Assembly (NCBI GenBank): GCA_965113315.1
Contig: OZ220372.1
Source of the DNA: Podarcis vaucheri
Taxonomy: Eukaryota
Direction: 5' to 3' (one strand)
Length of the DNA: 64,000 nucleotides
A model generated the notes under the pieces. That model saw only the letters and a list, made by a program, of their open reading frames with translations, made no database searches and was not told the origin of the DNA. Made by a program: the position numbers and the translations under genes. Position 1 is the first letter of the stretch. Each line of letters opens with the position of its first letter. This document shows, piece after piece, positions 19,053 to 33,100 of this stretch.

Positions 19053-22000
19053 GCCACATGCACACCTGGCTTGGGCTGCAAACTTACAAAACAGTTTTTT
19101 GATATTTTTTATTTTGTTTGTTTTTAAAGAACATGTTTGAACAAGATGAAGCTTCTTCCAAACAAATCTCACTGCTCTATACAGGTCACATCTGTCTTTT
19201 CTCTCTAACTGGTTTTCAAACTGAAAAAGGGACAGTAATCAGTTAAGAATTTTTGATTGCCAGCATTGTCTCATGGCTATGCACATTGCACAGAGGCAAA
19301 CCTCAGATCTGTCACAGACTGTGCGCTCCATAATGAGGTGCAGTTAATCAAGGCTGCCTGGAGGTGTGTCCGTGGATGCCTGAGGCTCCAGCATTGCAGG
19401 TGAAGCCAAGCAGGTGTGGACCCGATCAATTATTTGGATGGGAGACTATTGGGGCAACCCAGCTAGATGGGTGGGGGATAAATAATAAAATTATTCTAAT
19501 TATTATTATGTATACGCAGGATATAAAATTATATTTTAAGTGTGTCTGCATGATGTATGCTTGCAAACACATGGTTATCACACTCACAAAATTTAGGTGA
19601 GCATTTAAAAAGGCAGATCTAAAAGGGTGCACACAGAAATACATGAAGTAGATATTTAGCTGAAGAGTATATGAATACTAGTGAATCAGTGTACACATTT
19701 TTCCAGGAAAGCAGAGGTGCATATACAAAAAGATAGATAATGCGCCTTTTTTCCGTAGCAAAGGTTCAGATTTGAAAGATTTCTGTTACTCTAGAAGTTG
19801 AAACAATTCAGTTTTGTATAGCTGCCTTTAGTGGGTGAATCAGCCTCAACATGAGTATCTGTGTTAAAACATCCCCAAATTCTGGGGGGTTTTGTGTGTT
19901 TTTGGGGTGGGGGTAAAAAAAACTGAACTAGATGCTTATGGCCCAGAGGTGTTTAGGAATTCTGTAAAAAAACAACACCATAGAGATTCTAGTATGCCTT
20001 AACTATTCAAAATATATTTGCTCTTAACAATTTTACAGTATCTCTGTTAAGCTTTAGCTGCTGGTTCTCTTTTACTGCACCTGTTATCTTGATACCTGAC
20101 AGAAGGACTGCCCACTAGGGAGTACTAGAACCAGTTCTACATCTAGAATACTTGGTTATTCAGCACAATACAGCACAACACAGCACAGAAAGGGAAAGTG
20201 CCAATCAATATTTTTTTTTAAAAAACCCACCTCCAAAGACATTGGGAATTTATACAAAACAGCAACCAAGATTAATATCATAGGTTTAATATAAAAACTT
20301 ATAAAGGCTTCAGCACCCACAGCACTAAATATATGCCTCCATTACTTCTTGAATGAATGATACAAAAGTAATGAATAAGGGAAAACTCCACCAAAATTTC
20401 ACATGAAACCTGCACAGAGATTGATCACAAAGAACCACAAATTATCCCTTAAACCTAAATCATTGCTCTAGTTGCAAAGTAGAAATCTCACATGACTATT
20501 AAAGAATGATTAAAAACCAATAAACAGAGTTAAATGCCTATGCTAAGCCTGTACAATGAAATGAAATCTTTAAGAAAAGGAAGATCAGCTTCTAAATTAT
20601 TATTTAGAAATTATTATTATTATTCAATTAATTTCATCTATGGATGAAATTCAGTTAGGGGGATATTTTATTTCAATCTCTCTCAAGGGGATAATCATGT
20701 ACATTAAGATTACCATAACAAAATTCTCTATTATATAGATCCTTTGCTTTTGAAGATTTTCTTTCTTGTCCACAATATTTATTAAAAAATTAAAAGTTGT
20801 TAACCCTTGGATCTTCAGTGGCATGTTGATAGTAACTGGGTAACCATAAAGAGATTACTGTTCCCCTCAAACTGTTCCCAGCAAGGTCTGTAATCCTACA
20901 GATCACACAGATCCTACAGATTATATAATTAAATAGCAATATGTAGAAGAGTTTGCATACTTATAGCAGGCATCCTGCACTATTTTTTTGGACAAATTAA
21001 TGTTAAACGTTAGTGCAAATTAAGAACATTATTCTCTACTATTATCACTATAAATTGGTTACCAAGATGAAGAGGAAGGTGGAAGACCTGGTTATGCTAA
21101 TGATATATTATCTACCTCCCATACCAAAGAAATAATGCATTTGAAAGAAACAAAGTTGTAAAGTCACATGATGTTTACTGTGTCTCATTTGTTTTTCCTG
21201 GGAAGAGTATTACAACTACTTCTTCCTACACAAAGGTACACGTAAAGTTACACACATAACCTTTGCATTGTGTTGTACAACACATGCAAATCTTCCAAGT
21301 GACTAACCAAAGCACATTAAATGTGGGAATTCATATTCTATTTCAGTTGTTTTGTGCTATAAAATGGCTGGAGAACTAAAATTATTAACAGCTATCATGA
21401 AGAGCCATATATTATATTTCTTATGTAACACACACAGGTATTGGAAAGCTGGCTCCAACTGCAAGTTATAAGGGGATGCAGCACATCATTTGGATTAGTA
21501 CTACAATTCTGATAATATTTTCTTTCTGTGTGTATTTAATCATTATACCAATCTTCTCCAACTTTTGAGAGATTCTATAAACAGCCCACAGTCAATTTTA
21601 CTACGTAATATGCACACTGGTGCATTAATTGCAAACAATTAAAACAGTACAGGCAATTTCTTAATTTTGTGAGGATTACGCTTTGAAAACAGCAGAAAAC
21701 CAGTGTTTTGCAAAATGTAATCTACTAGCATAGTTGTGTTGGGACTTTCCTGTCAAGTCCAACTTCTGAATCTGAAATAGCAATCTTGAAACCTCTTGTG
21801 CTAAGCAGGGATTGCCAGCATTGAACTGTACACCCAAAAAATCCCGTGTTGCAACACGCTAAACAACAACAAGCAACACGTTGGCTAATAATGTACTGAC
21901 AATATTTTTATAACATTATACTGTTTCAAAATTCATAAACAGAAAACATATGTGCATGGAGTCACAAATTAGTAAGAATTGAATAAATGGAACATCCATG

Positions 22001-25000
22001 CACATTGTCCATGCACATATTTTCTGTTTATGAATTTTGAAACAGTATGTTATAAAAATATTGTCAGCATTGAACTGTAGGCACAATAGTGCCCCTGAGG
22101 TCTTCCCATGGTTCCGACAGGCCAAATGAGCCCCTCTTACTTTCTGCCCTTTTAATGAGCTGGCGAGGGGGGAATGCATAGAGCTGAATGAGGAAATTGG
22201 AAGCATGATGCTTATTTCCACTTTCTCTTTTAGCTCCATGTCCTTTGCAAGGCCCAGATTAATTATTCTGGATAAGATCACTTGGAAAAGTGATCTTCTT
22301 TCTGTGGGGAGGCTGACCTGGCTGAGGGAAGTGGCCAGAAGGGATGGTGCACTTGTCCAAAATTCCAAATGTGCCCACAAGTCTAAAAAAGTTGGCAACC
22401 TCTGTGCTATGCTTTCCATTAATCAACTGATGGAAGCCTGCTAACCCAGCCATTAGTCCTATGACAAATTGGTGTGGGTTTTATCCAGTTTTGAAATATA
22501 TCTATTCTTGACACATTTCAAGTTTCATGTAGCTCATACTCAGGGTGTAACTTCTACAGAATTGAAATGCCCTATTTTCACAAGCTATTTTGCTGCCCCT
22601 AGGGTCTAAGCAACAGGTTCTGCTACCACATAGGCATGTATCTGATGGGATATTCCAACTGTGCTATGTCTGATGCTTCAGATTAATGAGTCCAATGCTC
22701 ATCATACTATGTTCAGGCACTCAAGTGAAATTCAGAAATCTTTAAGGGAAAAATAGTAGGGGAAAACAGCATAAACGTTGCTTATTTTATTTCTAACATG
22801 TACAGGACCAGGTAGAAGTGAAAATCAGCAATTATTCCGTAATTATTCAGTTGGGGCAATCAGAAGGCCACCCCAATTTTGATAAGGGACTTGGGGAAAT
22901 TTGTTCAGCAAGAAAAAGTAAACTAGATATTGAACTTGCATCTTCTAGAAGATAAGCAACAGCAGATAAAATGAGTAACTGAGTGAATAACTGAGTCACC
23001 CTACTTTCGCAACCTGTCCTTTTATTATACTGCTCCCTCTTCATTACACATCTAGGTTTATGAAAGTAAGGAAATAGAAATTTCTTAGGATTATTACAAG
23101 GAGTAGATTGTGAAAATGCATCAGCATGCCATCACAATCATTCTATTGTCAGAGTCAGCAAGCTTAAGAAAAAGTGCTAATTTCAGAAAGTGAGTGTCAG
23201 CTTTAATCAGCCGAGAAAATAAGGTGCATCTAACTTTCTAGCATTTGTTAAGATATAGTGCATCTTGGGGTATGTGTTATTTTCCATTACTTCTATTTTA
23301 ATTGATATGTTGGTTGTATAGTGTATCAAAACTATTTCTTTTTAATCTGTTTTCCACATATGCTGTTTCTGTTCCAATAGTACAAGATACAATAGATTAA
23401 CAGAATTTAGCTGCAATATTGATATCCATTCTAAAGCACAGAACAGATATGAAAAAGAAACACAGAAGGAAATCTTGAATAATTATAGTTATATTCCCTT
23501 AATACTTGCCCCTTCCTCCCAGTAAAGGATCACCACTAATTATTCAAACTGAACTCAAGGACACGAGCACCAAGTGTCATTGAAAAGAGTTAATAACTGT
23601 ACTGCATATTGTGGGTACAAGGAAAAATAGCAGTACAACAGAAATGTACCCTTAGAGACCTTGGTCTTTTCATCATGCTCAGCCCTTGGGTAGTTCAGAG
23701 GGAGGTACTTGCAGGCAAGCAGGGTCATCATCAGTTGTGGAACACCTCACATCTTTCACTATTCATTCTGATGGCAGGTGGTTTCATGTGTAGTTTTTAG
23801 TTTCTTTGTGATTTTAAGAGTCTTTAAAGTTGCATCACTCGGAATCGGATAAGTCACTTTAAACAAAGCAAAGCAAGAATATGACTATTTATAAAACAGC
23901 ATATTGTTACATTCACTCTCAGGGATGTTACCAATTCCCCATTATAAAGGAAACAGACTACTTGGGGAGCATTACACGAGCACTAAAACCACTCCGCTGA
24001 GTCAAGGTATCACGAGAGGGTACAACAATTCTAGGAAATGTATTTTAACTGCACAAAATTAAACTGCTTCCCATTTCTATCAATGAGCCATGGTAGAGCT
24101 TGTCCAACTGTTGATCCATACCCAATACCTGGTGTTTTTTAACACTACTGTGACCTCCCTTTAAAAAGTGGGTGGGTGGGCACAACAGAGGACTGTTACT
24201 GGCTGCAGCACATCTAGATTATATCATCCTAAAACAGCAGCAATGTCCCAAACATTGCCTTTAAGAAAAACCTCCATTCTGCCTGAAAGCTAGTTCAGCA
24301 TTCAGGCATTTTTCTCTCCTTGATCATTAAGAAAGAGCATTACATGCTGAAAAAAATTGCTACAAGGGGATGTGTGCACCTGAACAGGCTCTGCTAAAAT
24401 TCAAGGTACCCATTTACTTCTGTATTACTGACATTCTTATGTATCCTTGCAACCAATGGCCTTGAAGAAGGTCTCCAGGATTACACCAATGTATGCTGCT
24501 TTAGCTGGAGGAGGTTATTAGCAGCTAATAGCAGCTATGGGGAAAGCCTTGTGCGTTCTTTTCAAGATAAGCACTAAAATATGCTTGAGACACGACATGC
24601 AGCTGTCAGGGAAACCATATGCAAGGCAACCCAAAAGGATGAATAAATTAAATAGCTTGCAGCAAGGTAATGTGCCCCACCCACCTCTTACATTGGTCAG
24701 GTCAGAACCAACACTGTAGCAAAGCATCACTTTAATGGGTCTAAAGCAAGCTCTCCCAGGACCAATATTACCCTACAACTCTAGGTCACAAATATTGTGG
24801 CTCATTACTTTTTAGTAAAAATAAGAATATACTCCTTTGAAGAATTAAGTGCAGGAATTTACTATAATGAACTGAACCTGTAATTTAAGTGAATATGGTT
24901 ATTTTTATTTTCAGCCACTCATATTAGTTAAAAAAACTAATGCAAGTGATTTGGAGACAAATTGCTTAAATGAAAGTAAAAAAAATCCAAATCAATTAAG

Positions 25001-25700
25001 AGGAAATGCTTCCATTTTACAATATGCAAAGGAATTTATAATTTTTTTCAGAAGTAATACACCCACAGCAGTGTTGTTTGGACAGATACACATCTGATAA
25101 GGTTGCAATCTAAACCCCACTTATTTGTAAGTCCAATTGCATTCAAGAGGACTTACTTCTGAGTAGTCACGGTTAGGATTGAAGCCAAAGCCTCATTTCT
25201 GCCCAAAAGAATCAAAAGGCCCAGAACTGAAAAGAAGATTCATACTTGTTCTCAAAGTAAGAGAAAACTATCAGTCCTGCACATCATATTATTTTATATG
25301 TATAACTTGGAAAAGGGAGCAATTACAAAATTATTTCAGCATGACTCCTTCCACATTATATGATTTGTTTTAAAGGAAAATACTTTCGAATCATTTGCCT
25401 TCCATTCCAGACATGACAGCAGTAAAACACCTGCCAGTCTAGCAACATAGACAGATTTATTCCTCAAGTCATCAAATTAGTGTTATTTGATTAGAAACAC
25501 CAAATTCTTTAAAATGTGTTAAATTTGTTTTTTAAAATATTAAAAATTGGCATATTGCAACACAAGGATCAGAAAGCGCCTGACCAAGTTGTGTCAGAAG
25601 AAGTGGATCCTGTTCAGGGTTACAGAACAACTGAGCTACAAACATTAGTCTCTATTGAAACAGAGCAAGCCAAGGATCAAAGTAAGGGAAAAGGGTTTGC

Positions 25701-25916
25701 TTACAAGGGTCCATATCTGCTCTCATATTTAGAGACAATGTTCTTGCATTTTCCCATTTCCTTTCGCAGCTCTGCCACCTCGGTCCTCAGAGCTGTATTC
25801 TCCTTCTCCAGAAAGGCAGCTCGGACTGTGATCTGGTTCTCTTTCAGGCGACGAGCATCACGAGATCGTTTGGCTGCCACATTATTCTTCTTCCGCCTAG
25901 TCCAATATTTTTCATC
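25701..25916 (-). CDS. TEF: TEF exon 4 (bZIP basic region and leucine zipper, stop TAA)
   Basis: ag|[71 protein letters not shown]; phase 0. Confidence 0.97.
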   Translation of the reverse strand, partial: DEKYWTRRKKNNVAAKRSRDARRLKENQITVRAAFLEKENTALRTEVAELRKEMGKCKNIVSKYESRYGPL

Positions 25917-26246
25917 CTAGAAAGAAAAGAATCAGTTCAATAGTTAAATACTTCAGATATCAAAAAGCCAAAAAGTACCTACCATTTGGCCTCTTCTTAT
26001 GACCAGCTATGCAACCCAGCTTAGCAAGAGTTATCTATGCCCTAGTAACTTCGAGAATAATTTCTGTGTCTCATATGTAGGGACTACTCAGAAATCTGGC
26101 ACAGGAAAGAATCTGCTAGATTGGTCAGTCCTGATCAACAGACAGAACACATCTTCAAACAGCTCCAGTGGTTACCATCCACTTCACAGCTGGGTTTACT
26201 TGTATTACAGGATTTAGTAGGACATACTGTAATTTTGCTTTATTCA

Positions 26247-26835
26247 ATCATAGAGTCATATAACTGTAGAGTTGGAAGGGACCCCGAGGGTCATCTAGTC
26301 CAACCCCCTGCAACGCAAAAATCTCAACTAAAGTATCCGTGACATATGGTCACCCAACCTCTGCTTAAAAACCTCCAAAGAAGAAGAGTCCACCACCTTC
26401 TGAGGGAGTCTGTTCCACTGTCAAACAGCTCTTACTGTCAGAAAGTTCTTCCTACAGTTTAGTTGGAATCTCCTTTCTTGTAACTTGAATCCATTGGTTT
26501 GGGTTCTACCCTCCAGTACAGGAGAAAACAAGCTTGCTCCATCTTCCTATGGCAGCCCTTAAGATATCTGAAGATAGCTGTCATATCTCCTCTCACATTT
26601 CCGCTTATCCAGGCTAAACATATCCAGTTCCCTCAACCCTTCCTCATAAGACTTGGTTTCCATACCCCCAATCATCTTAAATGCCCTCCTTTGCTTAAGT
26701 TCCAGCTTGTCAATACTGTATCCTTCTTAAATTGTAGCACCCAGAACTGGACACATTACTCAAGATGTGGTCTGACCAAGGCAAAATTGAATAATTCTAT
26801 TACTTCCTTTGATCAGGACACTATACTTCTGTTGA
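26247..26835 (-). mobile_element. CR1 LINE 3' fragment
   Basis: ATCATAGAGTCATA...GAGTTGGAAGGGACC...TCATCTAGTCCAACCCC is the reverse complement of the typical CR1 3' end; a shorter similar piece lies at about 33265-33370. Confidence 0.75.
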
Positions 26836-26925
26836 AATATAGAAATATGCTTGACCAAATGCTGGTGACCTTTAAAAATACGTATATAAAATATATATAT
26901 ACACATATAGCATGTACCTGTGTAT

Positions 26926-26928
<3 letters not shown>

Positions 26929-26963
<35 letters not shown>
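26929..26963. repeat. (CA)n microsatellite
   Basis: Direct reading. Confidence 0.95.
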
Positions 26964-26965
<2 letters not shown>

Positions 26966-27249
26966 TAGTTGCTAGAGAAGGATGAAGGCATTTTCATATT
27001 GCTCATACCTCTGTACCAAACAAACAATACAATGGGTCAAAGGGGTCAGCTGATTTACCAAAAAAGAGGGGGGGAGCTGTAGGAAATACCAGTACTATGA
27101 ACCAGAACAGCAAAGTAGTGAACAAACCAGCTTCCAAAAACCTTTTCATTATTACCTCCCATCTATGCAATAACTCATTCTAAAAAAATAACACATGAAC
27201 ACTGCTCTCTAACTCACATTCTAACACTGTGATAAAAACCAGGTGTTAC

Positions 27250-27470
27250 CTTTTGGTCTTCCGGGACAAAGACTTTCTTGGCTTTTTTAATCATGGGCTG
27301 TGGTTTCAGGTCCTCTTCAGCAAACTTATGCTTTCTAGGGTTGAAGAGCTCACCTCCTGGAACACTGGACAGCACTAAATCAGCAGGGTCAGGGTTGAAA
27401 TTCACATCAACCTCAACACACTCTGGATCAACAGGGCTGGGAGTCAGTCTCTCGTTATCTGGTGAGGATT
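27250..27470 (-). CDS. TEF: TEF exon 3 (PAR domain)
   Basis: ag|..[73 protein letters not shown]|gt; 221 nt, phases 1/0 are consistent. Confidence 0.97.
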
Positions 27471-29084
27471 CTGGCAAAGAAAAAAAATTGAAATTGGAAG
27501 TCAGTGTGAGGAAAATATCAACAAGGAAACCAAAGGGTTAAAAGCAGCCCCCCTTTATTTAACACCCCCATGTACATGGCACTTTACAAAGAATGGTATG
27601 ACATGTCCTCACCCCAAGGGACTTCTGGTCTAAATCTAGACACAAAGGCGACACCCATGGGAGAGGAAGGAAGAAGGCAAGGGAAGAATTTGTGATTTTA
27701 GTTACATACCTTTGACCTTAGTTACAGGAGGGTAATTAAAAGACCACAGGGATAAAATCACTATAAAGCAGCCTTAAGGCTGTGCTGTTGTGACAGGAGT
27801 TAGTGCACCCATTTCATCCCACCAAAACACCCTGATACTTGCAGCAGGAGCTGGGATACAATCAATTTAAGGTCAGTTAACAGGTCACCTAGCTAATTTA
27901 ACTCACCAAAAAAATAACCACATCAATCCATGGTATTTCGGAAATACACCTAAGATATGCAAGGAAACCTGGACAGCAGCAAATTGAAAGGTGGCAGCAA
28001 AACAAAAAAGCACATTCCTTCTTTTAATGTCAAGCCACAGGACTGCCCCAGCAAAAGACAGGTATGAGTGTGCCTATGAGTGAGTGCGGAGGAGGCTATT
28101 AATCCCAACTAACATCCTATTAACAATCCATTAAGAATTTGTTCTGAATCCGGGATAGATGGGGTCATTCCCAGAAGCCAGCATCTGCAGTCTTCTTGTG
28201 TTAACTACCACAAACTGTGTACCAGCTTGTATGAAGTAATACCTACAAGAAGAGTGTAAAGACAATCCTGTTATTTGACAGATGAACTATATATATATCT
28301 CTTGTTCATCTGTCAAATAAGATTAATTGCATATGAAAACAGCTAACAAATGCATGCTTTCAAGAAAAACAATTCCCCTCAACATCACGTCTGCCAAAGC
28401 AGATAGCCAGACATGCAGGGTATTAATGTGCTCTGTTTCGTCATGTGAAGGATAACATTTTGCTATTCTTCGCTGTCTGGCTGGTAATCTACGAAGAGGA
28501 GAACTCGGACTTGTGAAAAGATAGGTCTACTGGTCAGAAGATGTTTGGGTGTAGCAATCACGACTGGGACTCTGCAGATTTTCAGATAATAGTTCCATAT
28601 TTCACATACATCTCCCAGCAACCATTTATTAAGCTACCTGTTGTGTTAAGAAACACAAACACACATAGGCTTTGTAAAAGAGCATGCTCTATCTGAAAGT
28701 ACAGCTCACTTGAAGCTTAGAACAGACTTACACTACTATCCCAACGTTAGGATATGTCTCTGTGCAAAGGTTCCAGAAACACAATTAATGCCGTGGAGGT
28801 CTAGTTCTAACATTACTTTCATTCATTGGGGGGGGGGGGGCACCAAAAAGTCACTTGGGCAGGGCCCCTGTAGTTGATGTAGTGTAAAAGCAATGCATTA
28901 GCAGTGATAATGAGCTATAGTGCAGAAGCAATGCAAGTTACACAGACAAGTTTAAGCTGACTTGCTACAGCTGTTTTAACCATCCATCTCCACTTTAAAT
29001 GAAAAAGCATTAAAGCACAACAGGCAAATATATTATATTGATTTTGAGATTAGGAAATATTCAGATTGGCATCATTACACATAC

Positions 29085-29411
29085 CTGCACTTGTGGTAGT
29101 TTCTGATGGCTGGAAAACCACTGTGGAAGATGATGAGAGTGGGGTGGTAGCAGCAGAAACACTGGCAGGTTCTTTTCCTTCCAGCTCAGCCACAGGCAGC
29201 AGTGGGTTCTGGTTCAGATCCAGGTGAGTAGGACTGGAAGGGATTCCATTCTCCAACAGGAACTCATCCAGATCCATGTACTCCAGGTGGAAAGACTCCC
29301 CATCATAAGGAATTGTTTTGTCCCAGATGGGAGGCATGAGGGAGGCAGAGACTGCCATTGTACTAGCAGCTGCCGCTTCATCTTCCTCAAGTTTTTCCTT
29401 CTTCTCTTTAT
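29085..29411 (-). CDS. TEF: TEF exon 2 (transactivation region)
   Basis: ag|(D)[57 protein letters not shown]...|gt; 327 nt, phases 1/1. Confidence 0.97.
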
Positions 29412-30650
29412 CTAAATGTAAAATGAAACGATGGTTTTAATCTTATGGAGAATTATAATCATGGTTCAAACATATACACCACTCAATTACTCAACAATAT
29501 CATGGTCCAATACACTTATCAGAAGGCACATGCTAGGTGCCAGAACAGAACCATTTAAGATTAGAAACATCCCTTTTCAAATGGGGGTAAGCAATTATGC
29601 ACAAAATGCAACACTGGACTTTGAGATTAAGCTATTAGAATGAACGTTGGTGTGCACACTCAGCACATAACTATAAACATCTATGTTCACAGCCAAACTC
29701 TAGCCCCTCAACTCACAGCAAGTCCGTTAAAACCCTGGATTCTAAGTAGTGTACTATAGTTTCACCAAAGTGAGTGTTTACTTTGCCTGTCTTTGATGCT
29801 ATGGTAAACATGCACTAAGAAGCCACAACTGGCTGACTCATATCCACTGCATGTTTGGAGACATACATTTCCTTTTTATATGTTTACATCCAGTCACCAG
29901 TGAGGATGTGGCAGATAAGCTGTAAAAGTGTACCTGTCCTAAAAGGGAAGACATGTCCACATAGTGTTAGTAAATCACATGAAGATAAACATTCTAACTT
30001 CCCAGCTACTACTGCCATGTTACATTTTAGAAGTTTATATGTGATCAACATATGGCAAAGCATTTTAACGTGTTTCTTTGACAGTGCAATTGTTTGCATG
30101 TTTACTCAGAAATAAGCCTCAATGTGTTAAATGGGACCTACTTTCAATATATAGAATTGCAGTCCAAAAACAATGAAAGGGGGAGAAACATTTGTCAATG
30201 TTTAGTGACATGGAGAGAGGCTCTGTACATGGATCTTATCATTTTTTTATTAGTGGTGGCCATACAGGAAATTGTGAAAACCTGGAAGACAGCTCTAGGA
30301 TATATAATACAGTCGTTCTCAAACTAACCCAGGATATTTTTTGCCAAACTTTTCCCACTGGTGTGGACATCAAGACGTGCAACAATAATTAATATGATGA
30401 CTGAAAAAACCCAGTGTGTGGACTCTTATATAGCAACTGTGCACACACAAACATTAGATCTGAAACAACCCATTTGCAAAATAATGCCCCTCTCTGGACA
30501 ACCTATTAAAAACAGCTTGTTTGGCTGGCTGAAGTGGTGGTGAAAGGGGAGAAGAGGGTTTGCATAAAGTAGAATTTTAATAATTCTGCTCAAATGTTGT
30601 CAGCCACTTATGCTACCATATTTAGTCTGTAACAGTATGTATGCATGATA

Positions 30651-31063
30651 CAGTGGTGCCCCGCAAGACGAAATTAATTCGTTCCGCAATTTTTGTCGTC
30701 TAGCGAATTTTTCGTCTTGCGAAGCACGAAATCCCATAGGAATGCATTGAAAATCAATTAATGCGTTCCTATGGTCAAAAAAAGTCCAAACAAAGCCAAA
30801 TTTGGTACAACAACAGTTTATTAACTGCTCTTTAAAGTCACACATACTGTAAAGAGCAGTTCAAAAATTTAAGGGAAAATAAATTAACTTTATAAACAAA
30901 ACATGTCTGTTTTTAGTCAAAGAAAAAAAGTCGCGAGACGTTTTCGTCTTGCGAAGCAAGCCCATAGGGGAAATTCGTCTTGCGAGGCAAATCGCGAACG
31001 GAAAAAACTTTCGTCTAGCGAGTTTTTTGTATTGCGAGGCATTCGTCTTGCGGGGCACTACTG
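30651..31063. mobile_element. Tc1/mariner (Tigger-like) non-autonomous element
   Basis: 22-bp TIRs CAGTGGTGCCCCGCAAGACGAA (1 mismatch), TA TSD, internal repeated TTCGTCTTGCGA motifs. Confidence 0.8.
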
Positions 31064-31899
31064 TACTTGTTTTTATGTTTTTCTCTTTTGCTTTAACTGA
31101 AATGATTAAAAAAGAAAAGAAAAAACTTAGGAAAATCAGTTGACTTCTGAAAACATATGTAGATGTAAAAAGTTTTATTACAGTAATAGAAAACAAATGG
31201 CAAGAATTAGGAAAGGGCTGCAGCAGGCACAATGCTGGAGCATCTACTTTGCATTAAGTATTTCAAGTAATAAAAGAACTACCTTCCCATAAAATTTTAA
31301 ACCAAGCCACACTGCATGCTTCACCCAATACACAAGATCACATACTTTTGGGTGTCCATTATTTTGAGTGTCAGATCTACAGCACTCCAGACCTTCCGCA
31401 CAAGGAAGGAATTTTATCACCTAGACTAGAAACCAGGGAGCTTTGAGAAAATAAAAACAAGGCTCCAGTGAACAACCAAAACTGGAGGAAGGCTAACATT
31501 TACTACTGAGGTTAGCAAACTGTCCATTATAGATTTTCTTCTTATCTACCATGAGTAAAAATCTACCATCCATCCAGATTCAGACCGGTGTTCTGGAACC
31601 AGGTGAATTGCAAGAGACAAATGCAGGTCAGCCATCCTTGCCACATCTACAAAACGAGATTTACATTCACATCCATCTTGGAATGTCGATGGAGAAATGT
31701 GCATGCAGGTGTGTCACTTGGGAAGGGCGGCTCCAGAACACGTATGCATGCTTACGTTAATCAGGAGCACCTCCATCTCTGGAATACCACGAAGCATCAA
31801 AACAACCAGGGCAAATGCCTCCCCCTCACTTCCCCCCACGCAACTCAACCTTGAATATTTGCAAAGAGTATTCGCTTGAAGCCCTGATGAAATCCCCAT

Positions 31900-33100
31900 C
31901 TGTTGTCTCCAGATCGTTTCCCTGGATCGGGAAGGGCGGCGCAGCGAAGAGAGCGCCTGGCCTTTCCGTGTGTCGTTTTGGCAGCCACGCTGCCGCTGTG
32001 CTTATGGGGAAACGGGAGATCAAATCGGCCCCCTCGACGCTGCGGAAGGAGCCGCTGTTTTGCCTCCTCCGCCACGACCCCTTGCGGTGCCACCCGAGGC
32101 ACGTTTGCACGGCGAGGCTTGCTCCCTCGTAAGCGTGCAGGAGGGGCTGGTGCTGCTCATCTCAGGCGCGTAAACAAGCCGCCCGGATCATGGCAGGCGA
32201 AGGACAAACCGGGGCGCCAGAGCGCCGCAAAATGGATGCGACTCTGCGCGCGCCGTTCCCCTCCAACCCTCCGGCTCGCTCCGCAGCGGCCGCCCTACCC
32301 GGAGCCCCCCCCCCCGCGCGCTCCCGCCGCCGCCGCCCTCACCGAGGCGCGTGTCCCGCGGCGGGTTTTCCATCAGCTTCTTCAGCACCAAGGGGAAGGC
32401 TCCCGCCAGGCCCCGCTCCTGCTGCGCGGCTCCCGCGGTCCCCGCCGCCGCTTCCTGGTGCGCGGCACGGCTGGACATACTATAACCAAGCGGGCGGCGG
32501 CTTCCGAGACACCCCCACCCTCCTCGTGAAGGCCCTGAGAGGGGCGAGCGGCGGCGGCGGCGAACGAGGCCAGCTGAGGGGGCACCCGCGAAGCGAGAGG
32601 GAGGGGCCGACCCGCCACCACTCGACGCCGACGCCTGCGCGTGCGCCGCTCCGGACGGCGGCTTCTCCGGGGGGCCCCGAGGCGCTTTTAACTATTCATG
32701 AGCCCAGCGTCGCCACCCTCACGTTCTGCGCCCTGCGATTGGCTAGGGTCTCCGGGAAGGCGGGGCTGGCCGCCAGGCACGTGCAGCTGAAGGGTGAGTT
32801 TCTCATTAGCATGGGGGCCCCGCCCTACGCGCTGGCGGGTATGCCGCCGAGACGCCCTATTGCTTTGCGCGCGACGCGCACCCGCGGCTCTGACCTTAAG
32901 TGAGCCTTGAAGCGAAGGGTGCGTGCCAGGGTAACCAGCAGAGGGAGGCGGCGGAGCCCTTTTCACCTGCGTGGGAAGGAGGGGGAGTGGAAGGTGAGGG
33001 GACCAAAGAGGTGCCGGGACGACGGAGGGGGCCCCGCGGGGCAGCCCCGGAAAGAGGAGCTTGGCGTCTTTAGAGGTCAGAAAGCTCGCGGAATTGGAGG
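31900..33100. promoter_or_regulatory. CpG island / proximal TEF promoter with E-boxes and CCAAT box
   Basis: Very high GC and CpG density; CACGTG 32778-32783, CACGTT 32720-32725, ATTGG 32738-32742 upstream of the minus-strand exon 1. Confidence 0.8.
32343..32478 (-). CDS. TEF: TEF proximal first coding exon (299-aa isoform)
   Basis: [45 protein letters not shown]+G|gtgag; conserved [13 protein letters not shown] motif; phase 1 joins exon 2; total CDS 900 nt. Confidence 0.93.

Noticed and set aside
18560-19172. Cluster of 100-190-aa ORFs
   Set aside because: They derive from the GC-rich hAT-like insertion and the (TG)n repeat; no recognisable domains.
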